NCBI GenBank assembly: GCA_002269645.1
Contig: NIVC01002517.1
Span: 62,001 to 126,000 of the forward strand
DNA: 64,000 bases
Reading direction: 5' to 3'
Source of the DNA: Macrostomum lignano
Lineage: Eukaryota
In this document: piece by piece, positions 1-11,634 of the stretch
Layout: every line of letters starts with the position of its first letter
How positions within the stretch are numbered: position 1 is the stretch's first letter
Made by a program: the position numbers and the translations under genes
Notes under the pieces: model-generated
The model's database searches: none
What the model was told of the DNA's origin: nothing
The model's input: only the letters and a program-made list of their open reading frames with translations

Positions 1-965
1 AAGAGTGCCTAAAAACGACATTTTCGAAAAATTGGGTCACGTTTTTTAAAAGTAGTCCCAAAAAATAAGAAAGTGTTTTATGCTACGGTGTTGAGACTTT
101 AACACAACGTGTCAAACATATGGAAATTTGTTTTCCTGAATTTTCTAAGCATTTGGACCTACCTGTGCGGAGCAGTGACCCGGAAACCGGGGAAAAAAGA
201 GGCCGGGGGCTCTGCAGAAAATCAGACGTTGTTAAGAAAAATTTTTTAAAATGGGGCGAATTTTTTCGAGTGTAGTGTCAAATTGTAGCCCATCGGATGC
301 CCTTTTGAATGACATAAGACACTCTGGAAAAAACCCCTGTTAACAGGTACTTTTTACCTGTTAAGTGAAAAACGGCCCATTTGGGGGTACAAACTTTGGA
401 GTGGAAAAATAAGAAATTTTGCGCACCGATTTTTCTGCATTTTCAATATTGTTTAGTCGAATAGCTAAAGTTTCACCGGTCATACGCCAATATGGCTGGA
501 AAATTCGTATTTTTGAGAAAATTGGCTCCGAATTTTGAGTAGGCCATTTTCGGGCAAATTTTGAGCATACTTTTGCTAATAACTCTGCATTGGCGAGACC
601 TAGAGACTCAAGTTTGGTGTCTAAAAACAGCACTATGGATGCATTATGCAGCTAAATCAGTTTTGAAAACTGATTCTTAGGTTAACAGGTCTTAATACCT
701 GTTTGATTACCTGTCAGAACAGGTGAAAATTAATATTTTGGCGCCTAGCAGCCGAAAAATTTGTTGACATAATTTGAAAATGCATTGGATGAATGCGCCT
801 TGATGTTATCTCTGTAACGACATGCGACTCGTATTTTTAGGTAGAAGCGTTGCGATGCAACGAGCAGAAATGTATGAAAAAGCAGCAAAAATGGTAGAAA
901 TGGCTGTTATTAGCGATATTCGATATAAAATACGTGTACTATAGGCCAACTTAGTAAGCAATTAG

Positions 966-1020
966 TGGCTCAGTGGCAGAGTTAGTTTCCATATAATTGA
1001 GTCCTGCAGGGTTCGATTCC
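966..1020 (+). promoter_or_regulatory. Pol III A-box/B-box pair (tRNA-like remnant) within the element; second copy 3977-4031
   Basis: TGGCTCAGTGG (966-976) and GGTTCGATTCC (1010-1020); no convincing cloverleaf. Confidence 0.5.
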
Positions 1021-1274
1021 CAAGAGATCCGAAAATTTTTTAGTTTAAAGTTCTTTTAGAGCAAACAGATTTTTAGTATTTTTATTTCTCCAACTATTAT
1101 GTTTCTTTTACATTACATTTATTTAAATTTATTTTTCTTTTTATACGTATTTAAAGAGTAACAGTGAATCTTTTAGTGCGGCACCTATGATTGTTAGTGC
1201 AAAAAGTATATTACGATACATGTCGGCAAGCAAGTATTTGATGTCTGGTCGTTTAAAGGCTAGAATATAGTTGT

Positions 1275-2112
1275 ACCACTATACCACTAGACTAACTAAT
1301 GCCAGGGGCGTGGGGGTGGCGAGCCCCCCACTATACCACTAGACTAACAAATGCCAGGGGCGTGGGGGCGGCCAGCCCCCAACTATACCACTAGACTAAC
1401 TAATGCCAGGGGCGTGGGGGGCGGCCAGCCCCCACTATACCACTAGACTAACTAATGCCAGGGGCGTGGGGGGCGGCCAGCCCCCCACTATACCACTAGA
1501 CTAACTAATGCCAGGGGCGTGGGGGGCGGCCAGCCCCCCACTATACCACTTAGACTAACTAATGCCAGGGGCGTGGGGGGCGGCCAGCCCCCACTATACC
1601 ACTAGACTAACTAATGCCAGGGGCGTGGGGGGCGGCCAGCCCCCACTATACCACTAGACTAACTAATGCCAGGGGCGTGGGGGCGGCCAGCCCCCACTAT
1701 ACCACTAGACTAACTAATGCCAGGGGCGTGGGGGCGGCCAGCCCCCCACTATACCACTAGACTAACTAATGCCAGGGGCGTCGGGGGCGGCCAGCCCCCT
1801 ACTATACCACTAGACTAACTAATGCCAGGGGCGTGGGGGCGGCCAGCCCCCCACTATACCACTATACCACTAGACTAACTAATGCCAGGGGCGTGGGGGG
1901 CGGCCAGCCCCCCACTATACCACTTAGACTAACTAATGCCAGGGGCGTGGGGGGCGGCCAGCCCCCCACTATACCACTAGACTAACTAATGCCAGGGGCG
2001 TGGGGGGCGGCCAGTCCCCACTATACCACTAGACTAACTAATGCCAGGGGCGTGGGGGGCGGCCAGTCCCCACTATACCACTAGACTAACTAATGCCAGG
2101 GGCGTGGGGGGC
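1275..2112. repeat. ~50-bp minisatellite inside Helitron2 copy 1 (~16-17 units)
   Basis: Unit TAATGCCAGGGGCGTGGGGGGCGGCCAGCCCCCCACTATACCACTAGACTAAC with variable G/C run length. Confidence 0.97.
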
Positions 2113-2462
2113 TTTTTAGCTCTCAATTTAGGTTAAATAAATAGATGTCATAGCCATAAACAATAATGGACACAATATAAACCATCGTCCCACCTTTGAA
2201 GACGACAGCGTCTTCATTCACTAGTTGTGGGACGATGGAGCCAGTAAGTAGTATAGAAAAAAAGGCGAGCGAAGCGAGAATTTTTTTCTATACTGCTTAC
2301 TTTTGCGAAATCGTCCCTGATAAGATGTGGGCCATATGTCATACACTAAAATGACGTTTTTCAACTTTTAAACGCTGCCAATAAAAAACGGTACGACCAA
2401 TTTACAAACGGTTTTTGCCAAAATGCGTCAAAGACTTGGGGCTACCAGAGCCGCAGTGTTTG

Positions 2463-2506
2463 GTTGCCATAGCGACGCGTTTTGGTTGCCATGGCAACCA
2501 AAAACT
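2463..2506. promoter_or_regulatory. Two RFX X-box motifs, one inside a perfect 28-bp palindrome
   Basis: GTTGCCATAGCGAC (2463-2476) and GTTTTTGGTTGCCATGGCAACCAAAAAC (2479-2506), which contains the canonical GTTGCCATGGCAAC. Confidence 0.55.
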
Positions 2507-4285
2507 GCGTTTTTTCAACTTTTTCAAAAACTTTGATCTTAATTACAGCGGCAGGAAATTATGGCAGCGCTTAGCGAGTGGGCTCAGTAAGCGCGGGCAT
2601 TCAAACGCTACAATGATCCGAAATAGATTTTTTGATTGTACTTTAACGTCTAGGCTAAAAGTACAAAAAACGTGTTTTTTGAGGTCGAAAAATTGGCATT
2701 TTTTCCAACTTTGCCTCACCGCAGCGAAAAGGACGCGCGATAGCGCGGCCTTTGAGCTGCCTCATAGCGTCAATAACACCTGGGGCTGTTTGATGCGCTA
2801 TAGTTTTTAGGGCTAAAATGTACTTTTCACATGGCTGCCTATCTGCTGTTTAAAAGTACAAATTTTTAGTGCACTTTTGTGAGGCCTATGGCGTCGAGAT
2901 GGAAAACTTTATTTTTGCTGTTTTGCATACCAAATAACTCAAATAGATGTCTTTTAATCGGAAACATCGAGATTTGGCCGATTGGGCCATCAATAACCTG
3001 CCCAGGTGCCAAAGAGTGCCTAAAAACGACATTTTCGAAAAATTGGGTCACGTTTTTTAAAAGTAGTCCCAAAAAATAAGAAAGTGTTTTATGCTACGGT
3101 GTTGAGACTTTAACACAACGTGTCAAACATATGGAAATTTGTTTTCCTGAATTTTCTAAGCATTTGGACCTACCTGTGCGGAGCAGTGACCCGGAAACCG
3201 GGAAAAAAAGAGGCCGGGGGCTCTGCAGAAAATCAGACGTTGTTAAGAAAAATTTTTTAAAATGGGGCGAATTTTTTCGAGTGTAGTGTCAAATTGTAGC
3301 CCATCGGATGCCCTTTTGAATGACATAAGACACTCTGGAAAAAACCCCTGTTAACAGGTACTTTTTACCTGTTAAGTGAAAAACGGCCCATTTGGGGGTA
3401 CAAACTTTGGAGTGGAAAAATAAGAAATTTTGCGCACCGATTTTTCTGCATTTTCAATATTGTTTAGTCGAATAGCTAAAGTTTCACCGGTCATACGCCA
3501 ATATGGCTGGAAAAATCGTATTTTTGAGAAAATTGGCTCCGAATTTTGAGTAGGCCATTTTCGGGCAAATTTTGAGCATACTTTTGCTAATAACTCTGCA
3601 TTGGCGAGACCTAGAGACTCAAGTTTGGTGTCTAAAAACAGCACTATGGATGCATTATGCAGCTAAATCAGTTTTGAAAACTGATTCTTAGGTTAACAGG
3701 TCTTAATACCTGTTTGATTACCTGTCAGAACAGGTGAAAATTAATATTTTGGCGCCTAGCAGCCGAAAAATTTGTTGACATAATTTGAAAATGCATTGGA
3801 TGAATGCGCCTTGATGTTATCTCTGTAACGACATGCGACTCGTATTTTTAGGTAGAAGCGTTGCGATGCAACGAGCAGAAATGTATGAAAAAGCAGCAAA
3901 AATGGTAGAAATGGCTGTTATTAGCGATATTCGATATAAAATACGTGTACTATAGGCCAACTTAGTAAGCAATTAGTGGCTCAGTGGCAGAGTTAGTTTC
4001 CATATAATTGAGTCCTGCAGGGTTCGATTCCCAAGAGATCCGAAAATTTTTTAGTTTAAAGTTCTTTTAGAGCAAACAGATTTTTAGTATTTTTATTTCT
4101 CCAACTATTATGTTTCTTTTACATTACATTTATTTAAATTTATTTTTCTTTTTATACGTATTTAAAGAGTAACAGTGAATCTTTTAGTGCGGCACCTATG
4201 ATTGTTAGTGCAAAAAGTATATTACGATACATGTCGGCAAGCAAGTATTTGATGTCTGGTCGTTTAAAGGCTAGAATATAGTTGT

Positions 4286-5123
4286 ACCACTATACCACTA
4301 GACTAACTAATGCCAGGGGCGTGGGGGGTGGCGAGCCCCCCACTATACCACTAGACTAACAAATGCCAGGGGCGTGGGGGGCGGCCAGCCCCAACTATAC
4401 CACTAGACTAACTAATGCCAGGGGCGTGGGGGGCGGCCAGCCCCCACTATACCACTAGACTAACTAATGCCAGGGGCGTGGGGGCGGCCAGCCCCCACTA
4501 TACCACTAGACTAACTAATGCCAGGGGCGTGGGGGGCGGCCAGCCCCCCACTATACCACTTAGACTAACTAATGCCAGGGGCGTGGGGGCGGCCAGCCCC
4601 CACTATACCACTAGACTAACTAATGCCAGGGGCGTGGGGGCGGCCAGCCCCCACTATACCACTAGACTAACTAATGCCAGGGGCGTGGGGGCGGCCAGCC
4701 CCCCACTATACCACTAGACTAACTAATGCCAGGGGCGTGGGGGCGGCCAGCCCCCCACTATACCACTAGACTAACTAATGCCAGGGGCGTCGGGGGCGTC
4801 CAGCCCCCTACTATACCACTAGACTAACTAATGCCAGGGGCGTGGGGGGCGGCCAGCCCCCCACTATACCACTATACCACTAGACTAACTAATGCCAGGG
4901 GCGTGGGGGGCGGCCAGCCCCCCACTATACCACTTAGACTAACTAATGCCAGGGGCGTGGGGGGCGGCCAGCCCCCCACTATACCACTAGACTAACTAAT
5001 GCCAGGGGCGTGGGGGGCGGCCAGCCCCCCACTATACCACTAGACTAACTAATGCCAGGGGCGTGGGGGGCGGCCAGTCCCCACTATACCACTAGACTAA
5101 CTAATGCCAGGGGCGTGGGGGGC
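4286..5123. repeat. ~50-bp minisatellite inside Helitron2 copy 2
   Basis: Same unit and same rare variants as 1275-2112. Confidence 0.97.
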
Positions 5124-5235
5124 TTTTTAGCTCTCAATTTAGGTTAAATAAATAGATGTCATAGCCATAAACAATAATGGACACAATATAAACCATCGTC
5201 CCACCTTTGAAGACGACAGCGTCTTCATTCACTAG

Positions 5236-8200
5236 TTATAGTCTATGGCTGACTGTGTGGGACTGTGTGTGTGCGTATTTGGAGCTAGTTATAGTCTATG
5301 GCTGACTGTGTGGGACTGTGTGTGTGTCTATTTGGAGCTAGTTATAGTCTATGACTGACTGTGTGGGACTGTGTGTGTGCGTATTTGGAGCTAGTTATAG
5401 TCTATGACTGACTGTGTGGGACTGTGTGTGTGCGTATTTGGAGCTAGTTATAGTCTATGACTGACTGTGTGGGACTGTGTGTGTGCGTATTTGGAGCTAG
5501 TTATAGTCTATGACTGACTGTGTGGGACTGTGTGTGTCTATTTGGAGCTAGTTATAGTCTATGGCTGACTGTGTGGGACTGTGTGTGTGTCTATTTGGAG
5601 CTAGTTATAGTCTATGGCTGACTGTGTGGGACTGTGTGTGTGTCTATTTGGAGCTAGTTATAGTCTATGGCTGACTGTGTGGGACTGTGTGTGTGCGTAT
5701 TTGGAGCTAGTTATAGTCTATGACTGACTGTGTGGGACTGTGTGTGTCTATTTGGAGCTAGTTATAGTCTATGGCTGACTGTGTGGGACTGTGTGTGTGT
5801 CTATTTGGAGCTAGTTATAGTCTATGGCTGACTGTGTGGGACTGTGTGTGTGTCTATTTGGAGCTAGTTATAGTCTATGGCTGACTGTGTGGGACTGTGT
5901 GTGTGCGTATTTGGAGCTAGTTATAGTCTATGGCTGACTGTGTGGGACTGTGTGTGTCTATTTGGAGCTAGTTATAGTCTATGGCTGACTGTGTGGGACT
6001 GTGTGTGTGCGTATTTGGAGCTAGTTATAGTCTATGGCTGACTGTGTGGGACTGTGTGTGTCTATTTGGAGCTAGTTATAGTCTATGACCGACTGTGTGG
6101 AACTGTGTGTGTGTCTATTTGGAGCTGGCTATAGTCTATGGCTGACTGTATGGGACTGTGTGTGTGTGTGTCTACTTGGAGCTGGCTATAGTCTATGGCT
6201 GACTGTATGGGACAGCGTGTGTGTCTATTTGGAGCTAGCTATAGGCTATGGCTGACTGTATGGGACTGTGTCTATGTCTATTTGGAGCTAGTTATAGTCT
6301 ATGGCTGACTGTATGGGACTGTGTGTGTGTCTATTTGGAGCTAGTTATAGTCTATGGCTGACTGTATGGGACAGTGTGTGTGTCTATTTGGAGCTAGCTA
6401 TAGGCTATGGCTGACTGTATGGGACTGTGTGTGTGTCTATGTCTATTTGGAGCTAGCTATAGTCTATGGCTGACTGTATGGGACAGTGTGTGTGTCTATT
6501 TGGAGCTAGCTATAGTCTATGGCTGACTGTATGGGACTGTGTGTGTGTCTATTTGGAGCTAGCTATAGTCAATGACCGACTGTGTGGAACTGTGTGTGTG
6601 TCTATTTGGAGCTAGCTATAGTCTATGGCTGACTGTATGGGACTGTGTGTGTGTCTATTTGGAGCTAGCTATAGTCAATGACCGACTGTGTGGAACTGTG
6701 TGTGTGTCTATTTGGAGCTGGCTATAGTCTATGGCTGACTGTATGGGACTGTGTGTGTGTCTTTTTGGAGCTAGTTATAGTCTATGGCTGACTGTATGGG
6801 ACTGTGTGTGTGTCTATTTGGAGCTAGTTATAGTCTATGGCTGACTGTATGGGACAGTGTGTGTGTCTATTTGGAGCTAGCTATAGGCTATGGCTGACTG
6901 TATGGGACTGTGTGTGTGTCTATTTGGAGCTAGCTATAGGCTATGGCTGACTGTATGGGACTGTGTGTGTCTATTTGGAGCTAGTTATAGTCTATGGCTG
7001 ACTGTATGGGACAGTGTGTGTGTCTATTTGGAGCTAGCTATAGGCTATGGCTGACTGTATGGGACTGTGTGTGTGTCTATTTGGAGCTAGCTATAGGCTA
7101 TGGCTGACTGTATGGGACTGTGTGTGTCTATTTGGAGCTAGCTATAGGCTATGGCTGACTGTATGGGACTGTGTGTGTGTCTATTTGGAGCTAGCTATAG
7201 GCTATGGCTGACTGTATGGGACTGTGTGTGTGTCTATGTCTATTTGGAGCTAGTTATAGTCTATGGCTGACTGTATGGGACTGTGTGTGTGTCTATTTGG
7301 AGCTAGTTATAGTCTATGGCTGACTGTATGGGACTGTGTGTGTGTCTATTTGGAGCTATCTATAGGCCATGGCTGACTGTATGGGACTGTGTGTGTGTCT
7401 TTTTGGAGCTAGCTATAGGCTATGGCTGATTGTATGGGACTGTGTGTGTGTCTTTTTGGAGCTAGCTATAGGCTATGGCTGACTGTATGGGACTGTTTGT
7501 GTGTCTATGTCTATTTGGAGCTAGCTATAGTCTACGGCTGACTGTATGGGACTGTGTGTGTGTGTGTCTACTTGGAGCTGGCTATAGTCTATGGCTGACT
7601 GTATGGGACAGCGTGTGTGTCTATTTGGAGCTAGCTATAGGCTATGGCTGACTGTATGGGACTGTGTCTATGTCTATTTGGAGCTAGTTATAGTCTATGG
7701 CTGACTGTATGGGACTGTGTGTGTGTCTATTTGGAGCTAGTTATAGTCTATGGCTGACTGTATGGGACAGTGTGTGTGTCTATTTGGAGCTAGCTATAGG
7801 CTATGGCTGACTGTATGGGACTGTGTGTGTGTCTATGTCTATTTGGAGCTAGCTATAGTCTATGGCTGACTGTATGGGACTGTGTGTGTGTCTATTTGGA
7901 GCTAGCTATAGTCTATGGCTGACTGTATGGGACTGTGTGTGTGTCTATTTGGAGCTAGCTATAGTCAATGACCGACTGTGTGGAACTGTGTGTGTGTCTA
8001 TTTGGAGCTAGCTATAGTCTATGGCTGACTGTATGGGACTGTGTGTGTGTCTATTTGGAGCTAGCTATAGTCAATGACCGACTGTGTGGAACTGTGTGTG
8101 TGTCTATTTGGAGCTGGCTATAGTCTATGGCTGACTGTATGGGACTGTGTGTGTGTCTTTTTGGAGCTAGTTATAGTCTATGGCTGACTGTATGGGACTG

Positions 8201-8780
8201 TGTGTGTGTCTATTTGGAGCTAGTTATAGTCTATGGCTGACTGTATGGGACAGTGTGTGTGTCTATTTGGAGCTAGCTATAGGCTATGGCTGACTGTATG
8301 GGACTGTGTGTGTGTCTATTTGGAGCTAGCTATAGGCTATGGCTGACTGTATGGGACTGTGTGTGTCTATTTGGAGCTAGCTATAGTCTATGGCTGACTG
8401 TATGGGACTGTGTGTGTGTCTATTTGGAGCTAGCTATAGGCTATGTCTGACTGTATGGGACTGTGTGTGTGTCTATGTCTATTTGGAGCTAGTTATAGTC
8501 TATGGCTGACTGTATGGGACTGTGTGTGTGTCTATTTGGAGCTAGTTATAGTCTATGGCTGACTGTATGGGACTGTGTGTGTGTCTATTTGGAGCTATCT
8601 ATAGGCTATGGCTGACTGTATGGGACTGTGTGTGTGTCTTTTTGGAGCTAGCTATAGGCTATGGCTGACTGTATGGGACTGTGTGTGTGTCTTTTTGGAG
8701 CTAGCTATAGACTATGGCTGACTGTATGGGACTGTGTGTGTGTCTATGTCTATTTGGAGCTAGCTATAGTCATGGCTGAC
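5236..8780. repeat. ~51-53-bp minisatellite with a ~1.4-kb higher-order duplication
   Basis: Unit ATAGTCTATGGCTGACTGT(G/A)TGGGACTGTGTGTGTGTCTATTTGGAGCTAGTT; the rare variant TCTACTTGGA recurs at 6171 and 7567 (offset 1396). Confidence 0.97.
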
Positions 8781-9496
8781 TTGCCCAGATTGAAAAAAAA
8801 ATCACTCCACAGATTGACAGAAGTCGGGAGAAAGATACACGGGGGGAGAGATGTGTCCTGGCTACTGCGGGATTGGTCTCCAATATTCGTGAAATGTAAG
8901 AAGCGACAGTGTCTGGCGACTGGGTCAGCGCCTGTTTTACAGCCGCCCAGGCAACGATACGGGCTCGAATATCTATCCGTCTTCCGCCTTTGCCTTTTAG
9001 TTGCTTCTCTTCTTCCAGCGTGTCTGGAAGGCCGCTCCCCCTCATTTGCTTGTAGTCTCTTCTAGGAGGGATCCTATAAAAGAGAGGGTCGAAGCAGAGG
9101 AGGGCTCGGGCAGAGTCAGGAGGGGAGGAGAAGCGAATTACGCCAGCCGGAAAGTAAAAGTGCAGACAGTCGGTTCATGGGGGGGGGTCGCGCACACATA
9201 TGGCAGTAGTATGCACCAGTGAAACCACCCCCCCTCTCATGCATTTATTTATTTGCCCATTTCTCTGGGGAATTCGGAACGGAATATTTTGGTGCGAGGA
9301 TAAGAGCGGTTTTGAATTTAAGCCGGAAGAAAGGCAGCCTTATTACAAGGAATATTTGCAATAACTATAGCAATGTAATGCTTGAAATCTGGTTCTAGAA
9401 GCAAACTATTAATTTGAAAGGGCATTGTTTTTACAGTTATATGAGTCAATAAATGAATCCAGTCTGTTTTTGATGGGTTATTTCATGATTTATTCA

Positions 9497-10417
9497 GTGT
9501 GTGTTTGATAAGAGCTTGATTCACCCACTGTGTGTTTGATAAGAGCTTGATTCACCCAGTGTGTGTTTGATAAGAGCTTGATTCACCCAGTGTGTGTTTG
9601 ATAAGAGCTTGATTCACACACTGTGTGTTTGATAAGAGCTTGATTCACCCACTGTGTGTTTGATAAGAGCTTGATTCACCCACTGTGTGTTTGATAAGAG
9701 CTTGATTCACACACTGTGTGTTTGATAAGAGCTTGATTCACACACTGTGTGTTTGATAAGAGCTTGATTCACACACTGTGTTTGATAAGAGCTTGATTCA
9801 CACACTGTGTTTGATAAGAGCTTGATTCACACACTGTGTTTGATAAGAGCTTGATTCAGTGTGTTTGATAAGAGCTTGATTCACACACTGTGTTTGATAA
9901 GAGCTTGATTCACACACTGTGTGTTTGATAAGAGCTTGATTCACACACTGTGTGTTTGATAAGAGCTTGATTCACACACTGTGTGTTTGATAAGAGCTTG
10001 ATTCACCCACTGTGTTTGATAAGAGCTTGATTCACACACTGTGTTTGATAAGAGCTTGATTCACACACTGTGTTTGATAAGAGCTTGATTCACACACTGT
10101 GTTTGATAAGAGCTTGATTCACACACTGTGTTTGATAAGAGCTTGATTCACACACTGTGTTTGATAAGAGCTTGATTCACACACTGTGTTTGATAAGAGC
10201 TTGATTCACACACTGTGTTTGATAAGAGCTTGATTCACACACTGTGTTTGATAAGAGCTTGATTCACACACTGTGTTTGATAAGAGCTTGATTCAGTGTG
10301 TTTGATAAGAGCTTGATTCACACACTGTGTTTGATAAGAGCTTGATTCAGTGTGTTTGATAAGAGCTTGATTCACACACTGTGTTTGATAAGAGCTTGAT
10401 TCACCCACTGTGTTTGA
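9497..10417. repeat. ~29-31-bp minisatellite
   Basis: Unit TGTGTTTGATAAGAGCTTGATTCACACAC, ~31 copies. Confidence 0.97.
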
Positions 10418-10909
10418 TATGATAAAAAAGCAACTAATATTTGTGGACAATCCACACATTTTGATGATTTTACACTAACTATTTTTGCCAGGAGTTCTTA
10501 ATATTAGTCTGGAATTAGGCATAGGCCTTGCTGTGTTGCCTGTCTTCATGCACAGCTCCTATAGTGCGCGCCCCCTGCCTATCTGTGTGTTTGTTTGAAC
10601 AGTGAGGCCGCACATTGATAGCACCGTTATGCTTACAAACTGAGCAGACAATATCTGCTGATGGTAGCTTTGCCTGCCTCTTAGATTCTATCGGTATTCA
10701 GCTTTCACCAAGTTTTGCTACTATTTATCAATCTGTGTAGCTAGCCTGTGTCTTCCGTATGATTACCATCTAAGGAGATGCATCCAAGAAGATATTAAAT
10801 TAGCTGGCTATCTAGTTCCAAACAGACAGGCGCGAAAAAATTCATTTAACAAGCTGTGGCTTGCATGTGCGGTGCTTCATTCATTTCGGCTGAACTGTTC
10901 AACCTGGAC

Positions 10910-11030
10910 CAGGGGGTCCGCAAACTCCGGCCCTCGGGTCCTTTGAAACTTCACAATCCGGGCCGCTTAGGGTTTGTCTCTTCTCAGCTCTCTCTCCTCT
11001 CTCTCCTGTTTTTTCTCCTTTCCCTCTCAG

Positions 11031-11094
<64 letters not shown>

Positions 11095-11129
11095 TCTCTC
11101 CTATTTTCTCTCCTTTCCCTCTCATTTCC

Positions 11130-11175
<46 letters not shown>

Positions 11176-11209
11176 CTCTCCTATTTTCTCTCCTTTCCCT
11201 CTCATTTCC

Positions 11210-11301
<92 letters not shown>

Positions 11302-11326
11302 TTTCTCTCCTTTCCCTCTCATTTCC

Positions 11327-11372
<46 letters not shown>

Positions 11373-11634
11373 ATTTTCTATATTTTCCCTTCTTATCTTC
11401 TCTCTCGTCTTTCTCTCTCTCTCTCTCTCTCTTTGTTCCTCTTAAATTTTTCTCGTTTCTCCTCTCATCTCCTCTCTTTCATATCTTCTTTTCTTTCATC
11501 TCTCATCCTATCTATCCTCTCTTCTTCTCTCTCTCTTCTTATCTTCTCTGTCATCTCTTCTCTCATCCCAACGCTCATCCCATCTCCCTATTGATCTCAT
11601 CTCTCTCCTCTACTCCCTTGAGGCAGCCCCCCTG
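10910..11634. mobile_element. Probable hAT (Charlie-type) MITE filled with (CT)n
   Basis: Left end CAGGGGGTCCGCAAACTCCGGCCCTCGGG and right end TTGAGGCAGCCCCCCTG resemble hAT-Charlie termini. Interior ~10975-11560 is CT microsatellite. An 8-bp TSD is not cleanly preserved. Confidence 0.45.

Larger units (their letters stand above)
1..2224 (+). mobile_element. Non-autonomous Helitron2/Helentron-like element, copy 1 (5' part lies before the window)
   Basis: Near-identical to 3012-5235 (offset 3011, few substitutions seen). Ends in CCATCGTCCCAC (2182-2193), hairpin TGAAGACG-ACAG-CGTCTTCA (2197-2216), then CTAG (2221-2224) followed by TT. Confidence 0.75.
2225..5235 (+). mobile_element. Non-autonomous Helitron2/Helentron-like element, complete 3011-bp copy 2
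   Basis: Starts TT-GTGGGACGATGG (2227-2238), the exact inverse of subterminal CCATCGTCCCAC (5193-5204). A 5' hairpin has 21-bp arms (2243-2263 / 2281-2301, one G-T). The 3' hairpin is at 5208-5227 and CTAG at 5232-5235. Length equals the tandem period. No credible ORF. Asymmetric TIRs plus hairpins match the known Helitron2/Helentron layout. Confidence 0.75.

Noticed and set aside
955-1030. Functional tRNA gene (also ~59920-59990 on the minus strand)
   Set aside because: A/B boxes only; no acceptor stem or anticodon arm, and it is embedded in a mobile element.
2243-2301. Polinton/Maverick terminus (AGTAGT start)
   Set aside because: The inverted partner is only 17 nt away, so this is a local hairpin; the Helitron2 architecture explains it better.
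361-3644. Duplicated 90-aa ORFs (361-633, 3372-3644) and the 131-aa ORF at 2415
   Set aside because: Non-ATG starts, AT-rich, no domain; they are duplicated only because the element is.
8661-9240. Short ORFs and a TATA-like CCTATAAAAG after the satellite
   Set aside because: No recognisable domain or splice support; possibly a TE fragment but not assignable.
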